Below, in pieces: positions 24,091 through 33,500 of a stretch of DNA of 64,000 nt (positions are counted from its first letter, which is position 1; every line of letters begins with the position of its first letter). The position numbers and the translations under genes were made by a program. Below the pieces are notes generated by a model that was not told the DNA's origin, made no database searches, and was given only the letters and a program-made list of their open reading frames with translations. The stretch spans positions 8,442 through 72,441 of the forward strand of contig CANFPP010000001.1 in NCBI GenBank assembly GCA_947449005.1, read 5' to 3'. This stretch comes from Holosporales bacterium. Lineage in GTDB: Bacteria; Pseudomonadota; Alphaproteobacteria; Paracaedibacterales; CANFPP01.

Positions 24091-25542
24091 TTATGATAGT
24101 ACGCAACAATCTCTATCACTTGCCTCTTCAATTTCTTGGCGCATTGCGATTAATCCTTTAAATGAGACATGACCAGTCTCTTGAACCAAATTAATTCCGT
24201 GCGCAACACCTAATAATCTACACCTAACTTGTGTGTTTTCTATTTGGCATTGCAGAACAGGCCCCCCACTCATCCCAGGGGCCATAGGAATTGATACCCC
24301 CAGCTTGTTAGCTAACAATGTAGCTCCATGAATATTTCCAGACATCTCCGGTGAAGGGTCATACCTATACAGTTGTTCCGAGTAATCTAATCTTCGTAGG
24401 GGATGAACCAGATTAGGGTTATTTAATATCACAGCATTTCCATTGGAAACATCTGAAACAAGACAAAAAGAATCCTTATCTGGTAAAAGTGCTTCAAAAA
24501 AATCAGCAAGCGGTTTGCCAAAAGCAAGAATACGATTTGGATTAAAATTTTCTACCCCATGATCTTCTCCTTGCAGATTTATAACCTCAGCACCTAATAA
24601 TAAATCTCTATCTCTCAAAATATCATTTAAGCTGTTATTTCTTCCTCCAGCTGCTGGTCTCTCTACTGCGATATTATTGACTTGCATGATGGCATAATCA
24701 TCTTGCTGAAATAATGCGCCCCATTCAAAACTATTCCATCTTCCAGATAAATTGTTAAGATGTCTTTGATTTAAAAGGCCAACATGTTCTCTTACCCTAA
24801 TACTGCGAACTTGAAAAAGGTTTTCACGCAATGGATCTTCACCTTTAGGAAGAAAAAACAAACTGTTAAGCTGTTTATTCCAAAATCCGTGAAAGCAACT
24901 TATGACGTTGACTACTGTGCTCCCACCTACAATTCTTTGGCCAGGCTGAATCATTCCAGAAAATTGTTCAACAAACATGCCATTATCCCACTCTCCAAAG
25001 GTTCCTGAAAGTCCACGTACCTTTAATAGGTCGTTCGATTCCACATCACCTATATCAAAAAGAGTGTTTGTAATTGGTTGTTGGCGAATAATATCCATAG
25101 TTTCCAGAATCCAACCTGCAGTCCATCTATGATCTCTGGCATGATGACGATATTCCTGTTTTATAGGTATAATCCCCGACTCCAATACTTCTCTCATATC
25201 AACATTTGTCCATTGCCAAACAAGTTCATTATTTAGGTAATTTAGATCAATGTTATTGTTCGGAATTTGAATGCCTAGATCAGGATGCCCCTCTTGATCT
25301 AGATCAGTAATTAAATCTAAATCAGTTGTTCTCCCTCGACCTTGAGAAAATCTTTCTAAGACTTTATTTCGTTGCTCTTCGGTTAACTCATGTGGCCCTT
25401 CCATTTTTTGAAGTGCTTCTAACCAATGTGTACGCCAACTCATCTGGACAAGTGCACTATGATCCCACCCTGCAGAATAAGAACCGCTAATCACAACCCA
25501 GAATAGAAAAATAATTTTGAAAAGATTCATAAAGCACAACAT
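24091..25542 (-). CDS. Secreted protein (483 aa) with a possible trypsin-fold (S1-like) serine peptidase domain
   Basis: Signal peptide (true start may be M5). The motifs QR-IVGGS, DDYAIMQV and PGMSGGPV resemble the S1 IVGG / DIAL / GDSGGP blocks, but their spacing is atypical. Confidence 0.6.
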   Translation of the reverse strand: MLCFMNLFKIIFLFWVVISGSYSAGWDHSALVQMSWRTHWLEALQKMEGPHELTEEQRNKVLERFSQGRGRTTDLDLITDLDQEGHPDLGIQIPNNNIDLNYLNNELVWQWTNVDMREVLESGIIPIKQEYRHHARDHRWTAGWILETMDIIRQQPITNTLFDIGDVESNDLLKVRGLSGTFGEWDNGMFVEQFSGMIQPGQRIVGGSTVVNVISCFHGFWNKQLNSLFFLPKGEDPLRENLFQVRSIRVREHVGLLNQRHLNNLSGRWNSFEWGALFQQDDYAIMQVNNIAVERPAAGGRNNSLNDILRDRDLLLGAEVINLQGEDHGVENFNPNRILAFGKPLADFFEALLPDKDSFCLVSDVSNGNAVILNNPNLVHPLRRLDYSEQLYRYDPSPEMSGNIHGATLLANKLGVSIPMAPGMSGGPVLQCQIENTQVRCRLLGVAHGINLVQETGHVSFKGLIAMRQEIEEASDRDCCVLS

Positions 25543-25609
25543 TAATTTTGATCCTATACAACTATTCTAGGAGTTGAAAATTAATAGAGCCTTAAATATA
25601 CCTGGCATA

Positions 25610-25642
25610 ATAAAAAACCCAGCCTAGAAAACTAGGCTGGGT
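25610..25642 (-). terminator. Rho-independent terminator of the 236-aa gene
   Basis: On the minus strand: CCCAGCCTAG-tttt-CTAGGCTGGG followed by TTTTTTATT. Confidence 0.8.
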
Positions 25643-25669
25643 CTGCAGAAATTAATATGAGTTTATTAA

Positions 25670-26380
25670 TTAATGGGCAGTAGCTTTTGGAGCATTCGTA
25701 ACAATTGCTTTTACTTCTTTAGCTGATTTGTAGCAAGCAGTACTAAGATGTCCGATTTGACGTTTATTGTCTGGAGCAGCTAGGTCAGTTAAAGCTTTTT
25801 TAAATGAGTTAGCTACAGTCAAATAAGCATCAGAAAGTGTTTTCCAGTTTCCTGAAAGGTTTGCAGCTGTAGCTGCTGCTGTCGCTTTCTCAATGTCTTT
25901 TGTACATTTTTCAACAGCAGAAGCTCTCTTTTTCGCAAGCTTTTCAGCTTTAGCAGCTGGCAACGGAGCAGCAGCAGTTTTTGGAGCATGCTTAACAAGT
26001 GACTCTACTTCTTTAGCTGATTTTTTACATGCAGTTTCAAGATGTCCGATTTGCGGTTTGTTGTCTGGAGTTGTTAGGCCAGTTAAAGTTTGCTTCAATA
26101 AATTTGCTGCATCCAAGTAAGTACCAGCAAGCATCTTCCAATTTCCAGTAAGATTTGCAGCGGTAAGTGCAGTTGTCGCTTTACCAACGACTTGAGCACA
26201 ATGCTCTAGAGCCGCAGTTCTTTTTTTCTCAAGTTTTGCTGCTTTAGGATTTACAGCAGGAGCTACAGCAGCTGGAGTTGCAGCTGAAACTGGAGCCGTT
26301 GTTGTGGATGCTGCATAGCTTGGAAGAGCAATTGCTGTGGATAAAAGAAGAGTATAAATAGCTTTTTTCATTAAAATCAC
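25670..26380 (-). CDS. Secreted Ala-rich protein built from two tandem repeats of about 95 aa (236 aa)
   Basis: Signal peptide ...AIALPSYA/AS. Halves align: ...AANLTGNWKMLAGTYLDAANLLKQTLTGLTTPDNKPQIGHLETACKKSAKEV... versus ...AANLSGNWKTLSDAYLTVANSFKKALTDLAAPDNKRQIGHLSTACYKSAKEV... Confidence 0.65.
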   Translation of the reverse strand: MILMKKAIYTLLLSTAIALPSYAASTTTAPVSAATPAAVAPAVNPKAAKLEKKRTAALEHCAQVVGKATTALTAANLTGNWKMLAGTYLDAANLLKQTLTGLTTPDNKPQIGHLETACKKSAKEVESLVKHAPKTAAAPLPAAKAEKLAKKRASAVEKCTKDIEKATAAATAANLSGNWKTLSDAYLTVANSFKKALTDLAAPDNKRQIGHLSTACYKSAKEVKAIVTNAPKATAH

Positions 26381-26522
26381 CTTTGTTTTTTGGTCAATAC
26401 GCTGCTTTTTAGAGGATAACAGCTTTTACTTAAAATTTATCATAAACTATTTTTTTTAGGTTACAATGGTATAAATGAATCAAATTCTACTTTTGTAATT
26501 TTTTAGCCTCAAAGCGAAAAAG

Positions 26523-26537
26523 TTAATAATATATTAA
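26523..26537. promoter_or_regulatory. CtrA-box-like motif TTAA-N7-TTAA upstream of ctrA
   Basis: TTAATAATATATTAA, about 105 nt upstream of the ctrA GTG. A chance match is possible in AT-rich DNA. Confidence 0.3.
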
Positions 26538-26634
26538 TTAGGCTAAAATTTTATTAAAATATTAAATTAGTGATTGTCAGATTTCTTTGATATCATGACA
26601 GATAAATGAGGAATAAATCCGTTGGAGACTTGAT

Positions 26635-27372
26635 GTGCGTATATTACTAATAGAAGATGATTCTGCAACTGCAAAAGGCCTTGAGGTTATGTTGCGTTCC
26701 GAAGGCTTTGTCTGTGACTCAACAGATCTTGGTGAAGATGGCTTGGAAATTGGAAAGTTGTATGAATACGACATCATTCTTCTTGATTTAATGCTTCCTG
26801 ATATAGACGGCTATGAAGTTTTAAGACGTCTGCGCGCAGCACAAATAAAAACCCCTATTCTTGTGCTGTCAGGCCTAAGTGAAACTGAAGATAAGGTAAA
26901 AGGACTTGGTTTTGGTGCTGATGACTATATAACCAAACCTTTTAGCAAAGTTGAGTTACTAGCCAGAATTCATGCGGTTGTACGTCGATCTAGAGGGCAC
27001 TCTGATTCGATGATTCGCACGGGTAGACTCGTTGTTAATCTTCAAAACCGCACAGCAAATGCAGATGGAATTACAATCAACTTAACAAGTAAAGAATATG
27101 CAATTCTTGAATTACTCTCCCTTCGCAAAGGAACAACGCTCACCAAAGAAATGTTTTTAAACCATCTCTATGGCGGCATGGACGAACCAGAATTAAAAAT
27201 TATAGATGTCTTTATTTGCAAACTTAGACGCAAAATTGGTGAAGCAATAGGTGATGACAGCTGTATTGAAACAGTTTGGGGCAGAGGTTATGTGCTGCGT
27301 GATCCGTCCGATATTCCAGTAACGACAGCTCCAGTCAATAGAGAGACAGCTCTCGCCTTCGGTCCAGCTTAA
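26635..27372 (+). CDS. ctrA: Cell-cycle response regulator CtrA (OmpR family)
   Basis: GTG start with GGAG RBS. Near-identical to blocks recalled from Caulobacter CtrA: [65 protein letters not shown]. Confidence 0.92.
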   Translation: MRILLIEDDSATAKGLEVMLRSEGFVCDSTDLGEDGLEIGKLYEYDIILLDLMLPDIDGYEVLRRLRAAQIKTPILVLSGLSETEDKVKGLGFGADDYITKPFSKVELLARIHAVVRRSRGHSDSMIRTGRLVVNLQNRTANADGITINLTSKEYAILELLSLRKGTTLTKEMFLNHLYGGMDEPELKIIDVFICKLRRKIGEAIGDDSCIETVWGRGYVLRDPSDIPVTTAPVNRETALAFGPA

Positions 27373-28070
27373 GCGCAATCCTCAATCTTTGGTTGGCCCT
27401 TGCGCTTTTTTAAACTCATCATGTTTTTAAATCGAGTAATCTTATTTACTTTTTTAAGAACGAGAGGGGAAGCACTAAGAGGAGATTGACGCCAATAACG
27501 CCAAACAACAGCTGGAGGAATGTTTAAAAAAATATGACCAAGTCTTTTTTTACGCAACCCCAGTTTCTTTGACGATAAAGGAGACATAGGACCATAGGTA
27601 AATTGCAATAAACTGCCGGTTTCTGACAATATACTAAAACAAGCCTCTGCTACACCTATTTGCTCGTCCGCTGATAGGTTTATCATTGGAATACCGGAAA
27701 TAATTGTTGTTACTGAACCAACAATTTGTGCTGGCAGTAAATTCTTTAAATCCTTTGCATCACCCTCAACAACCATCACATTCGGAAAATTCTTTCTCAA
27801 AAACACACACATTGCAGGGTCTAGCTCAACAATTACAAGCTTATCAGGAGTTACACCTGCACGCAGCAATGCCTGAGTAAAGCGCCCCGTCCCTGCTCCT
27901 ATTTCTACAATGAGATAATCAGCAACTAAATCAACGTGGCTGGTGATAAAATTAGCAAGCATATTAGAGCTAGGGAAAAGTGCCCCAAGAGATTTTGGAT
28001 TTTTCATAAGTTGACGTAGAAAAAGCAGGTTTTCGTCTCGTTTGCGAATTACTGGCTCTGGAACATTCAT
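27369..28070 (-). CDS. Class I SAM methyltransferase, phospholipid N-methyltransferase-like (COG3963 type), copy B
   Basis: Track ORF runs to 28226. The internal start MNVPEPV at 28070 is preferred because it removes the overlap with the upstream gene. Motifs [19 protein letters not shown] and [15 protein letters not shown]. Confidence 0.6.
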   Translation of the reverse strand: MNVPEPVIRKRDENLLFLRQLMKNPKSLGALFPSSNMLANFITSHVDLVADYLIVEIGAGTGRFTQALLRAGVTPDKLVIVELDPAMCVFLRKNFPNVMVVEGDAKDLKNLLPAQIVGSVTTIISGIPMINLSADEQIGVAEACFSILSETGSLLQFTYGPMSPLSSKKLGLRKKRLGHIFLNIPPAVVWRYWRQSPLSASPLVLKKVNKITRFKNMMSLKKRKGQPKIEDCA

Positions 28071-28080
28071 TCTGCAATCC

Positions 28081-28707
28081 TTAAGAATGAGCGTCTTGTT
28101 TATGATAACGCCAAACAAATCCTGGAGGAATATTAACCCACAAGGAGCCTTCACGAATCCCATAATAACTTGAAAGCGTCGATAAAGGAGACTTTGGGCT
28201 ATAGGTAACATGTAATATTGTGCCATCTGGCTGCATCACATCAAAGCACGCATTAATAATGTTCGAACGCACCTGCTTATCTAAGTACATCAAGGGAACA
28301 ACAGAAACAACGGTTGTAACAGCACCACTCCACCCAGAAGGTAAAAGATCGGGCAAACATGCAGCATCACCGTTAATAACAGTTAAATCAGGCAAGCTTT
28401 TACTCAAGAAATCACAAAGATCGGGATCAAGTTCAACAACAATTAGATTTTCAGGAAGCACACCAGCAGCCAACAGTGCTCGTGTAAGCCTGCCTGTTCC
28501 AGCGCCTATCTCAACGATTCGTTGCTGAGCAGGGTTTTTTAAAAGACTTGCCGCAAGCGCAGCTAAACGAGGTGTAATCGGCGCCAGGGTCCCTAACCTT
28601 GTAGGGTTAGCCAACCAACGACGAAAAAACAAACGATTCTCACGACTTCGAATGTCACGTTCCTGGACGTTTGCTAAACCCATCAAATCCCTGCAATAAA
28701 ATTTCAA
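28081..28707 (-). CDS. Class I SAM methyltransferase, phospholipid N-methyltransferase-like, copy A
   Basis: [47 protein letters not shown]. Paralog of the downstream gene. Confidence 0.6.
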   Translation of the reverse strand: MKFYCRDLMGLANVQERDIRSRENRLFFRRWLANPTRLGTLAPITPRLAALAASLLKNPAQQRIVEIGAGTGRLTRALLAAGVLPENLIVVELDPDLCDFLSKSLPDLTVINGDAACLPDLLPSGWSGAVTTVVSVVPLMYLDKQVRSNIINACFDVMQPDGTILHVTYSPKSPLSTLSSYYGIREGSLWVNIPPGFVWRYHKQDAHS

Positions 28708-28824
28708 TGCCCAATCTTACACAATCAGAGACAAAATCGCAACAAACTCTTTTTGACAAGAATCCCTTATTGCGTTTCAGTCTTGATTGTTACATCTATG
28801 TTAGGTTGAGAGATTGTAAAATTA

Positions 28825-28937
28825 TAACTACTCAGCATTTTTTTGAGATCCTGCATCAGTGGCTCGTACACCTAAGCTAAAGCTTGGATAACGAAACCAT
28901 TTATCCAGGATCTCATGTAGATTTGCTCAGTGGTTAC
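28825..28937. mobile_element. MITE-like element, family C (short copy)
   Basis: Outer inverted repeats TAACTACTCAGCAT / ATTTGCTCAGTGGTTA. The inner segment TTTTTTTGAGATCCTGCATCAGTG.CTCGT.C.C.AAGCTAAAGCTTGGA is shared with 63073-63286. Confidence 0.65.
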
Positions 28938-28957
28938 CTAAACTTAAGGTATTCAAG

Positions 28958-29983
28958 ATGGAAAAGAAAAAAGACTGTAAAATAGCTGTTGTTGGCGCCA
29001 CGGGAAATGTTGGTCAAGCAATGCTTTCTATTCTAGCAGAACGCGAATTTCCTATAGAAAACATTGCTGCTGTTGCTTCAAGCCAATCAAATGGCCGCCA
29101 AATTTCCTATGGTGAAGTAGGTGTTTTGAAAGTGCAATCTCTCGATACATTTAATTTCCAAGGTTATCAAATCGCCTTGTTTTCTCCTGGTGGAGATGTT
29201 TCAGCAATCTATGCACCAAGAGCAGCGGCTATGGGCTGCATTGTCATTGACAACACCTCTCACTTTCGCATGGATGCTGATGTCCCCCTTATTGTGCCTG
29301 AGGTCAATCTAAGTGATCTTGCCAATTTCAGAAAACGTAACATCATTGCCAACCCAAATTGCTCAACGATTCAGCTGGCTGTGGCTCTAAAGCCTTTGCA
29401 TGATTTAAGCCCAATTACGCGCGTTGTTGTTTCAACTTATCAGTCCGTATCTGGCGCAGGGAAAGAAGCGATGGATGAGTTGTTTGAGCAAACACGTGGT
29501 GTCTTGATGAACTCTTCATACGAACCGAAAAAATTCAATAAGCCAATTGCCTTTAATGTCATTCCACAGATAGATACGTTTTTAAAAGATGGTGAGACAA
29601 AAGAAGAGTGGAAAATGGCGGTAGAGATTAAAAAGATTTTATCACCCAAAATAGAACTGACAGCAACATGTGTACGTGTACCTGTGTTTATTGGCCATTC
29701 AATTGCAGCGAATATTGAATTTTCTGCGCCCATTACTTTAGAAAGCGCTTATAAAAAATTAAAATCTGCTCCTGGAATTACTATTGTGGACAATCCCGCT
29801 AAAAATATTTACACAACGCCTGTCGAATGTGTCAACGAAGACTCAGTCTTTATAAGCCGTCTTCGAATAGACAAAACCGTTCCCCACGGACTCGCCCTAT
29901 GGGTGGTTGCTGATAATATACGAAAAGGTGCAGCCTTAAATGCCATTCAAATTGCTGAGCATTTGATTAACAAGCAACTCTAA
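28958..29983 (+). CDS. asd: Aspartate-semialdehyde dehydrogenase
   Basis: VVGATGNVGQ, NPNCSTIQL (active-site Cys) and YQSVSGAG motifs. 341 aa. Confidence 0.93.
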   Translation: MEKKKDCKIAVVGATGNVGQAMLSILAEREFPIENIAAVASSQSNGRQISYGEVGVLKVQSLDTFNFQGYQIALFSPGGDVSAIYAPRAAAMGCIVIDNTSHFRMDADVPLIVPEVNLSDLANFRKRNIIANPNCSTIQLAVALKPLHDLSPITRVVVSTYQSVSGAGKEAMDELFEQTRGVLMNSSYEPKKFNKPIAFNVIPQIDTFLKDGETKEEWKMAVEIKKILSPKIELTATCVRVPVFIGHSIAANIEFSAPITLESAYKKLKSAPGITIVDNPAKNIYTTPVECVNEDSVFISRLRIDKTVPHGLALWVVADNIRKGAALNAIQIAEHLINKQL

Positions 29984-30007
29984 GATCGTACAGTATTCAA
30001 GTTTTTA

Positions 30008-30192
30008 TAAGAGAACAGCCTGGATCCCCGCCTTCGCGGGGATGACGAGGTGGGAAAACCGAGAAAAATGCACTCGCACATTTTTTGTTATTTTCTTCGC
30101 CATCTTTGTTTTCTCCATTGTCGTCCTTGCTCTCTATTGTTATCCAGCTCCCTCTACCGTCATTCCCGCGCAGGCGGGAATCCAGGCTGTTT
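30008..30192. mobile_element. MITE-like palindromic element, family A (full copy)
   Basis: TIRs AACAGCCTGGATCCCCGCCTTCGCGGGGATGACG ... CGTCATTCCCGCGCAGGCGGGAATCCAGGCTGTT. Shares the left flank AAGAGAACAG and the internal sequence with the 10018-10163 copy. Confidence 0.8.
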
Positions 30193-30228
30193 AAAATTAT
30201 ACAGCGAAGATTTTACCTGATTTCTCTT

Positions 30229-30360
30229 AGATCTCCGTCTCCACGGAGGTGACATCGATAAGAGAGATAACGACAATATTTGTTTCGTATAATCACCCTC
30301 AAGCACTCCGCTATTATGGCTATTTCGTCGTCACTCCCCTTCGTCACGCCTTATTCTCTC
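30229..30360. repeat. Degenerate family-A-like arms
   Basis: GATCTCCGTCTCCACGGAGGTGAC (hairpin) ... CGTCGTCACTCCCCTTCGTCACGCC. Confidence 0.4.
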
Positions 30361-30596
30361 TGGCCTCATTCATATCACAAAAAATCTATAAAAATTTAGT
30401 CAAAATTTAAGTTAAAAATAAATAAAATATTAGATATATTTAACTATAAAGTTTAAACATTAAATAATTGTTAACTTTATAAGAAAAATGTTGAATATCT
30501 TTGTTAATTTTACTAGTAAGTATGTAGTTGTTAACTATTACAGCTGACTTCAAGAACTAACATGAATGGGACAAATGAGATCTTTATCGACTAACT

Positions 30597-33500
30597 ATGT
30601 TTAAATATTTTTTATTCAACAGATCTTTAATATTGCTTTCAACTGTCTCTGTAGCTGCTCTCTACACTTCAGATGCGGCTGCTGCTATGCCTGCAAACGA
30701 ACCTCCGAAATGGTATCCTGAAGCGCATGTAGACCTGAAGCAGGGAACTAAACGCGGAATCGCGCAGGTTGGAACCATAACTCCTCTTGCCCAAAACGCT
30801 ACATCTCTTGCTTATCTTGATTTGCGTTTGATGTCTGACACAAACAAAGCAAAAGAAGGAAACTTTGGTGCGGGTGGAAGATGGCTAAAAGATGGTCGTT
30901 ATATCCTGGGAATGTATGCCTTTTATGATAGACGCTATACAGAGCTTAATAACGTTGTTAATCAGGTAACTGTTGGCTCTGAAATAATGAGTGATACCTG
31001 GGATTATCGCGTAAACGTGTATGTCCCTGAGAATCTTTCAAAAACAATAGTTAAAGAAACTAAGCCAGAACAGAAGACCACCTTTGCTGGTTATACCGAA
31101 ATTCAAAAAAGCACCCAATATTTAGTAAAAGAAGTTCCCCTAAGAGGTTTAGACCTTGAAATTGGGAGAGTCATCCCAGGATTCCCTGCCCTTAGAGTCT
31201 ATGGAGCTTATTATCATTTCCAAGGACGTGATGGTGTCGAGTCTGTAATTGGTGGACGTGTCCGAGCAAATCTAAAATTAAACAAATTTTTCTCATTCGA
31301 AACAGAAGTAAGTCGCGATAACGTCAGAAAAGAAGTTGCCTTCATTGGTATGAGACTGACGATTCCGCTTAGCAAAAATGGCTATAAACCATCAACACTA
31401 ACATCGCTTGAACAACGCATGGTCGAACAGCCAATGCGAGATATTGACGCTGTTACAAATACACAGAACAATACCCAAGTCAAAAAAGACGTGATTAAAG
31501 ATAATTTGCGCCACGTAAATGAAAAAGATGATCCCCTTGCCGATGGTAGCGCTGAACATCCATATCACATAGACAAAACAGATCATCTTGTAGAGTTAGG
31601 CGAGTCAAATGAAGGCGGAGGAACTCCAGAAACTATCGTATGGCAGAATGGAGTTTTAATAAGACGCGCAGACACCACAGATTTTCTTCATGAAAAATTT
31701 GGAACTTCAATAGAAACTGCTTTAGCACTTGGAAAGTTCAAGAAAATCCTAAACAGGATACGCCTCAACAAAGAGATTGAAGCGCGTAGACTGCAAGAAG
31801 TCAAATTTGCTAAAGAAGCAGCAGAACACGAAGCGTCAACAAAAACAAAAGCAGGCAGTTTTTATGAAGCTGCAAAAGCAGCAAAAGCTGCAAAGGATTT
31901 TGCTGAAGAAGAAGAGAAATTAAAATTTGAAAAAACAAAATACGAACACTTTGAAGCACAAGTAGACTTAGAAGCGGCAAAAGAAGCAACGCGAAAAGCA
32001 GCTAAAGATGCGGAACACAAGCAACAAGCTCAGGCAGAAGCAGCCGCTAAACATTGGAAAGAAACCACTAAGAAGAACCGTTTAGAGAAAGAAAGATTAG
32101 CTAGAGAGCAGGAAGAAGCTAGACACGTTAAAGAAGAAGATGAAGCAAGGCTCGCGGCGTTAAGAAAAGAATTTGCTGATGCTCAAAAAATTAAAGAAGC
32201 CGAACAAAAAGCAAGAGATTCTGCAGCAGCTGAACAAAGACTAAAAGATGAAGAAGCACAAAGAAAACTTGTTGAAGCTGCTCAAAAATTAAAAGCAGAA
32301 CAAGACGCTGAAAATATTAGACGTGCTAATGAAGCTGAAAGAATAAGACTTAAAAAAGAAGCTGATGCCCTTCAACTCGAAAAAGAAAAAGAAGTAGAAG
32401 CTCGCCGTCAAGAAATGATTCGTCGAGCAAAGAAAATTGCTGACGAAGAAGCACGAAGAGTTGAGCTGAAGAGAATCGCTGACAAACTTATTGAAGACGC
32501 GCGCATCGCTAAGGAAATCGAAGATAAGAGAATCGCTGATAAACTCATCGAAGATGCTCGTATCGCTAAGGAAATCGAAGACAAGAGAATCGCTGATAAA
32601 CTCATCGAAGATGCTCGTATCGCTAAGGAAATCGAAGACAAGAGAATCGCTGATAAACTCATCGAAGACGCACGCATCGCCAAGGAAATCGAAGATAAGA
32701 GAATCGCTGATAAACTCATCGAAGACGCCCGCATCGCCAAGGAAATCGAAGACAAGAGAATCGCTGATAAACTCATCGAAGATGCTCGTATCGCTAAGGA
32801 AATCGAAGACAAGAGAATCGCTGATAAACTCATCGAAGATGCTCGTATCGCTAAGGAAATCGAAGATAAGAGAATCGCTGACAAACTCATCGAAGATGCT
32901 CGTATCGCTAAGGAAATCGAAGACAAGAGAATCGCTGACAAACTCATCGAAGACGCTCGTATCGCTAAGGAAATCGAAGAAAAGAGAATCGCTGATAAAC
33001 TCATCGAAGACGCACGCATCGCCAAGGAAATCGAAGAAAAGAGAATCGCTGATAAACTCATCGAAGATGCTCGTATCGCCAAGGAAATCGAAGACAAGAG
33101 AATTGCTGATAAACTCATCGAAGATGCTCGTATCGCTAAGGAAATCGAAGATAAGAGAATCGCTGATAAACTCATCGAAGATGCTCGTATCGCTAAAGAA
33201 ATCGAAGATAAGAGAATCGCTGATAAACTCATCGAAGACGCACGCATCGCCAAGGAAATCGAAGAAAAGAGAATCGCTGATAAACTCATCGAAGACGCAC
33301 GCATCGCCAAGGAAATCGAAGATAAGAGAATCGCTGATAAACTCATCGAAGATGCTCGTATCGCTAAAGAAATCGAAGATAAGAGAATCGCTGATAAACT
33401 CATCGAAGACGCCCGCATCGCCAAGGAAATCGAAGATAAGAGAATCGCTGATAAACTCATCGAAGATGCTCGTATCGCTAAGGAAATCGAAGATAAGAGA

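Noticed and set aside
24091-25542. Confident annotation of the 483-aa protein as a trypsin-like protease
   Set aside because: Only the GxSGGP-like and IVGG-like strings are convincing. The His block is not identifiable and the motif spacing is atypical. It is kept as a low-confidence hypothesis only.
27369-28226. 285-aa version of the downstream methyltransferase, which overlaps the upstream paralog by 146 nt
   Set aside because: The N-terminal 52 aa have no family similarity and overlap the preceding gene. The internal Met at 28070 gives a length of about 233 aa, comparable to its 208-aa paralog, and a 10-nt intergenic gap.
28671-28880. 69-aa plus-strand ORF upstream of asd
   Set aside because: It spans the methyltransferase 5' end (antisense) and the family-C MITE. 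It has no RBS or motif.
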